A DNA stretch of 64,000 nucleotides from a virus: positions 1 to 64,000 of IMG/VR virus record IMGVR_UViG_3300050122_000130; one strand, 5' to 3'. Position 1 is the stretch's first letter; each line of letters opens with the position of its first letter. The position numbers were made by a program, and so were the translations under genes. The notes under the pieces are model-generated. The model was not told the origin of the DNA. It did not search any database and saw only the letters and a program-made list of their open reading frames with translations. Below, one piece after another: positions 61,592-64,000 of the stretch.

Positions 61592-64000
61592 CTAGAACAA
61601 ACCTTCGAGGGGATTAGTTTCACCTGGAGCAGCCAGTGGCGACTGCTCCTTTTTCTTTTTCGGAATCGGCGGCCACTGCAGTCCCTTACCATAGACTCGA
61701 CGGCCTGTCGGCCAGACGAAGTGAATCATACGCGGTTTTTCTGTATCACCGGGCTCCGGAGTAAAATTCGGATCAATCATTTCGGCAATGCCGATCACAT
61801 TGTACTTCAGTAGGTCTTCACGGAAGCGGCGCGTGCGCGCCTTGATGCGGTTTTTGTATTTGCCGATGTCCTCGTCTTGCTCGCGCGGGTCTGTCTTTTG
61901 GTACTCCATGCCGAGCTGCGCCCAATTGATGACTGTCGCGACACTAGCCGGGAGACCTAGCGCCGTCGGCGGCGGACGACCGTTCATATCGAGTGCTTTG
62001 AGCAGTGCCCGGAATACATCGACATTGTTGCCTCGAAGGAAGAACCCTTCCTGACGTTCTTTCGGTCCATCGCTTTCGACATCAGCAGGCACACTGCTTG
62101 CTGGCTCGACGGAAACCATCTGCGTGATGTCGTCTCCATCGTCGTCGATTCCAATTTTCACAGGCTCAAGAACAAATTCCCAAGTCAGGCGATCATCACC
62201 TTCGCGCTGTTTCATGATCTTACCACGGCGAATAACCCTGCCGTTGTCATCGCGTTTTTCTATACCTTTTTTCACATCGGTGTAGACGCGCTCGATCAGC
62301 ACAGCAGTCTCAATGTTGTTAAAGAATTGCTCATTGCCGCGGTGCCTGCCTTCGGCGTTCGTATGCCCTATAACGATGAGCGGCGCACCAGTCTTTTCTT
62401 TGATGATATCGTAGTTGGACATGATCTTGTTCATGTCGTCTGATTTTATTTCGCTCGATCCACGCGTCGCAGAGTTGTGCGTATCAACCACAATTCCAGC
62501 CAGCGGAAACCTGAACAATTTAGCAATCTCGACGATCTCGGTCGCCAGTGCGACAACATTGTCTTCAGAAGCGAACAGATTAGGCGGTCGCGTTAGCCAC
62601 GCGAAAGAGTGCAGGTCATCAATCTTTAAGTCGTGGTGCTTGAGATAAGCACGGAGACGATTCTCGAAACCTGTCGCGCCTTCATATGTCAAATAGATAT
62701 AGCCGCCAGGAATAACCTTGCGACCGGCAAACGGCATGCCGCGCATAATGTGCATAATCATATCGAGACATTCGAACGTTTTTCCCGATCGACTCGGCCC
62801 CATCAGCAGCGCGTTATCGTTCATGGGCAGAATGCCCTTAATGCGCCATGGATAGGCGCTGACCGCTTTTCCAAGGTCAGCAGATGTCTTGGCACCGAAC
62901 CTCGACTGATACGGCTCAGGCACCCACGGCTTCAGGTTATCGACGTGTTCGAGCAGTTGATCTTTCGTGCCTCCGCCAGTGTCGCGCCAGTCCTTGACAT
63001 CGCCCTTGACCGGGCATTTGTCCCACACATCACGGAAGTTCAGCGACTGCACGAGCTCGACGCCCACAGCCTGGAGCATCGGCGCGATCTTCGCCACGCG
63101 CTCGGCGCCGGCGCGATCATTGTCCTGGAGCAGCACGACATGCCGCGCGCCGCGGAAGAATTCCGCGCACGCCGTAGTGAAGTGCTTCGCACCACCCGAA
63201 TTGGTTACAGCGAGGAGTCCCCACTCCGCCAGCACGTCGACCTTTGCTTCGCCTTCCGGAATGAAGATCGTGCGCTGGTCATCCTTCGGCTCAGCGAGCT
63301 CGTCGATCACGGCATTCGCATTGTAGAGCCAGTGCTCCACGTTGCCGAGCTCGGCAAAATTTCGAACCGTGATGTTCTTCCAACTTAGCCGCTCTTCAGT
63401 GGCGCGCAGCCAAGCGGTACCGGTCGCGGTTTTTATGAAATCAAGCGGCTGATCTGTTTCTCGATCGACAACGTCAAGACCGAGGATCCACGCACCATCG
63501 CCGGCGGGCCGGCGGTGCAGGAATGTCTTCCACGTTTTTTTATCTTTAGTCTGACGCCATGAACCGTCGGGCAACCGTTCCTGCATCCGCACAGTTTGAT
63601 AGAGCAGCGTGTTCTCGGAATCGAAGTAATCCCAGACGTGAATCACTTCCCGTTTGGCTCGTGCAACTTCTCCCACACGAGAGTCAGACCTATTTTCTCC
63701 ATGAGGCGACGGGCCCGGATCTCCGCCTTGGTTATCTCGAGGGTCGGATGCCGCTTCATGTCTAACTCCATTATGCGCAGGAGTAGACCGTCCAGGTCTC
63801 TGCTCGAGGGTGATGCCCGCGCGGCGGGATAATTCTTCAACGGCGCCGACAAAAGTTAGCCCTCCATAGATTTGCATGAAGTCAAAAATATCGTGCGGCT
63901 TTCCGTCTCCGCCACTCCCGAACTCACACCAGAATTTTTTATTGTCGTTAACCGTGAATGATTCATTCTTGTCGACGACGTACTCAGAACCTTTTTTGAT
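61592..64000 (-). CDS. primase-helicase (TOPRIM plus RepA/AAA_25); start lies beyond the window
   Basis: PEGE.KVD and DND TOPRIM motifs; GPSRSGKT Walker A; IVVDT Walker B; frame open to the window edge. Confidence 0.9.
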   Translation of the reverse strand: MKKGSEYVVDKNESFTVNDNKKFWCEFGSGGDGKPHDIFDFMQIYGGLTFVGAVEELSRRAGITLEQRPGRSTPAHNGVRHEAASDPRDNQGGDPGPSPHGENRSDSRVGEVARAKREVIHVWDYFDSENTLLYQTVRMQERLPDGSWRQTKDKKTWKTFLHRRPAGDGAWILGLDVVDRETDQPLDFIKTATGTAWLRATEERLSWKNITVRNFAELGNVEHWLYNANAVIDELAEPKDDQRTIFIPEGEAKVDVLAEWGLLAVTNSGGAKHFTTACAEFFRGARHVVLLQDNDRAGAERVAKIAPMLQAVGVELVQSLNFRDVWDKCPVKGDVKDWRDTGGGTKDQLLEHVDNLKPWVPEPYQSRFGAKTSADLGKAVSAYPWRIKGILPMNDNALLMGPSRSGKTFECLDMIMHIMRGMPFAGRKVIPGGYIYLTYEGATGFENRLRAYLKHHDLKIDDLHSFAWLTRPPNLFASEDNVVALATEIVEIAKLFRFPLAGIVVDTHNSATRGSSEIKSDDMNKIMSNYDIIKEKTGAPLIVIGHTNAEGRHRGNEQFFNNIETAVLIERVYTDVKKGIEKRDDNGRVIRRGKIMKQREGDDRLTWEFVLEPVKIGIDDDGDDITQMVSVEPASSVPADVESDGPKERQEGFFLRGNNVDVFRALLKALDMNGRPPPTALGLPASVATVINWAQLGMEYQKTDPREQDEDIGKYKNRIKARTRRFREDLLKYNVIGIAEMIDPNFTPEPGDTEKPRMIHFVWPTGRRVYGKGLQWPPIPKKKKEQSPLAAPGETNPLEGLF

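Noticed and set aside
1-64000. CRISPR array, diversity-generating retroelement, invertible fibre cassette or IS element
   Set aside because: No spaced repeat array, reverse transcriptase, invertase or transposase was recognised; the repeats seen are protein-level.

Overview
A 64-kb segment of a contractile-tailed (myovirus-type) phage or prophage of the DUF1073-portal / DUF2213-protease / DUF2184-capsid / DUF3383-sheath type. The host is probably an alphaproteobacterium (Bradyrhizobium-like), inferred from an ADLPxKAP-type outer-membrane protein and a DUF3309-like gene. Nearly all genes are on the minus strand, in this order from the right end: primase-helicase (cut by the window edge), putative late regulator, WYL, SSB, SLOG; late promoter and leader; ParB-methyltransferase; a small plus-strand island; terS; intein-containing terL; portal; MuF; accessory genes; protease, scaffold, decoration, capsid; neck; a cassette of signal-peptide proteins; tail, baseplate, fibres; lysis genes and an OMP; four atypical tRNAs. 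No integrase, CRISPR array or rRNA was seen. Main observations: (1) The portal and prohead protease are polyproteins carrying an ExE ADP-ribosyltransferase, a NUDIX hydrolase, a kinase-like domain and small domains. These are separated by recurrent A-x-D motifs, and two cargos begin with a shared W/F-x-E-x4-R-x2-DGKF tag. (2) About ten genes, most in structural positions and including a distal tail fibre, a GH5 endoglucanase and an SGNH esterase, carry N-terminal export signals and even cysteine counts, suggesting periplasmically folded, disulfide-bonded virion appendages. (3) A ~65-aa module is repeated in four structural proteins. (4) Intergenic RNA structures in the head operon share a GG-CUUCCU-CC stem-loop. 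(5) The tRNAs are non-canonical. All family names come from motif recognition and synteny by eye; no database searches were run.
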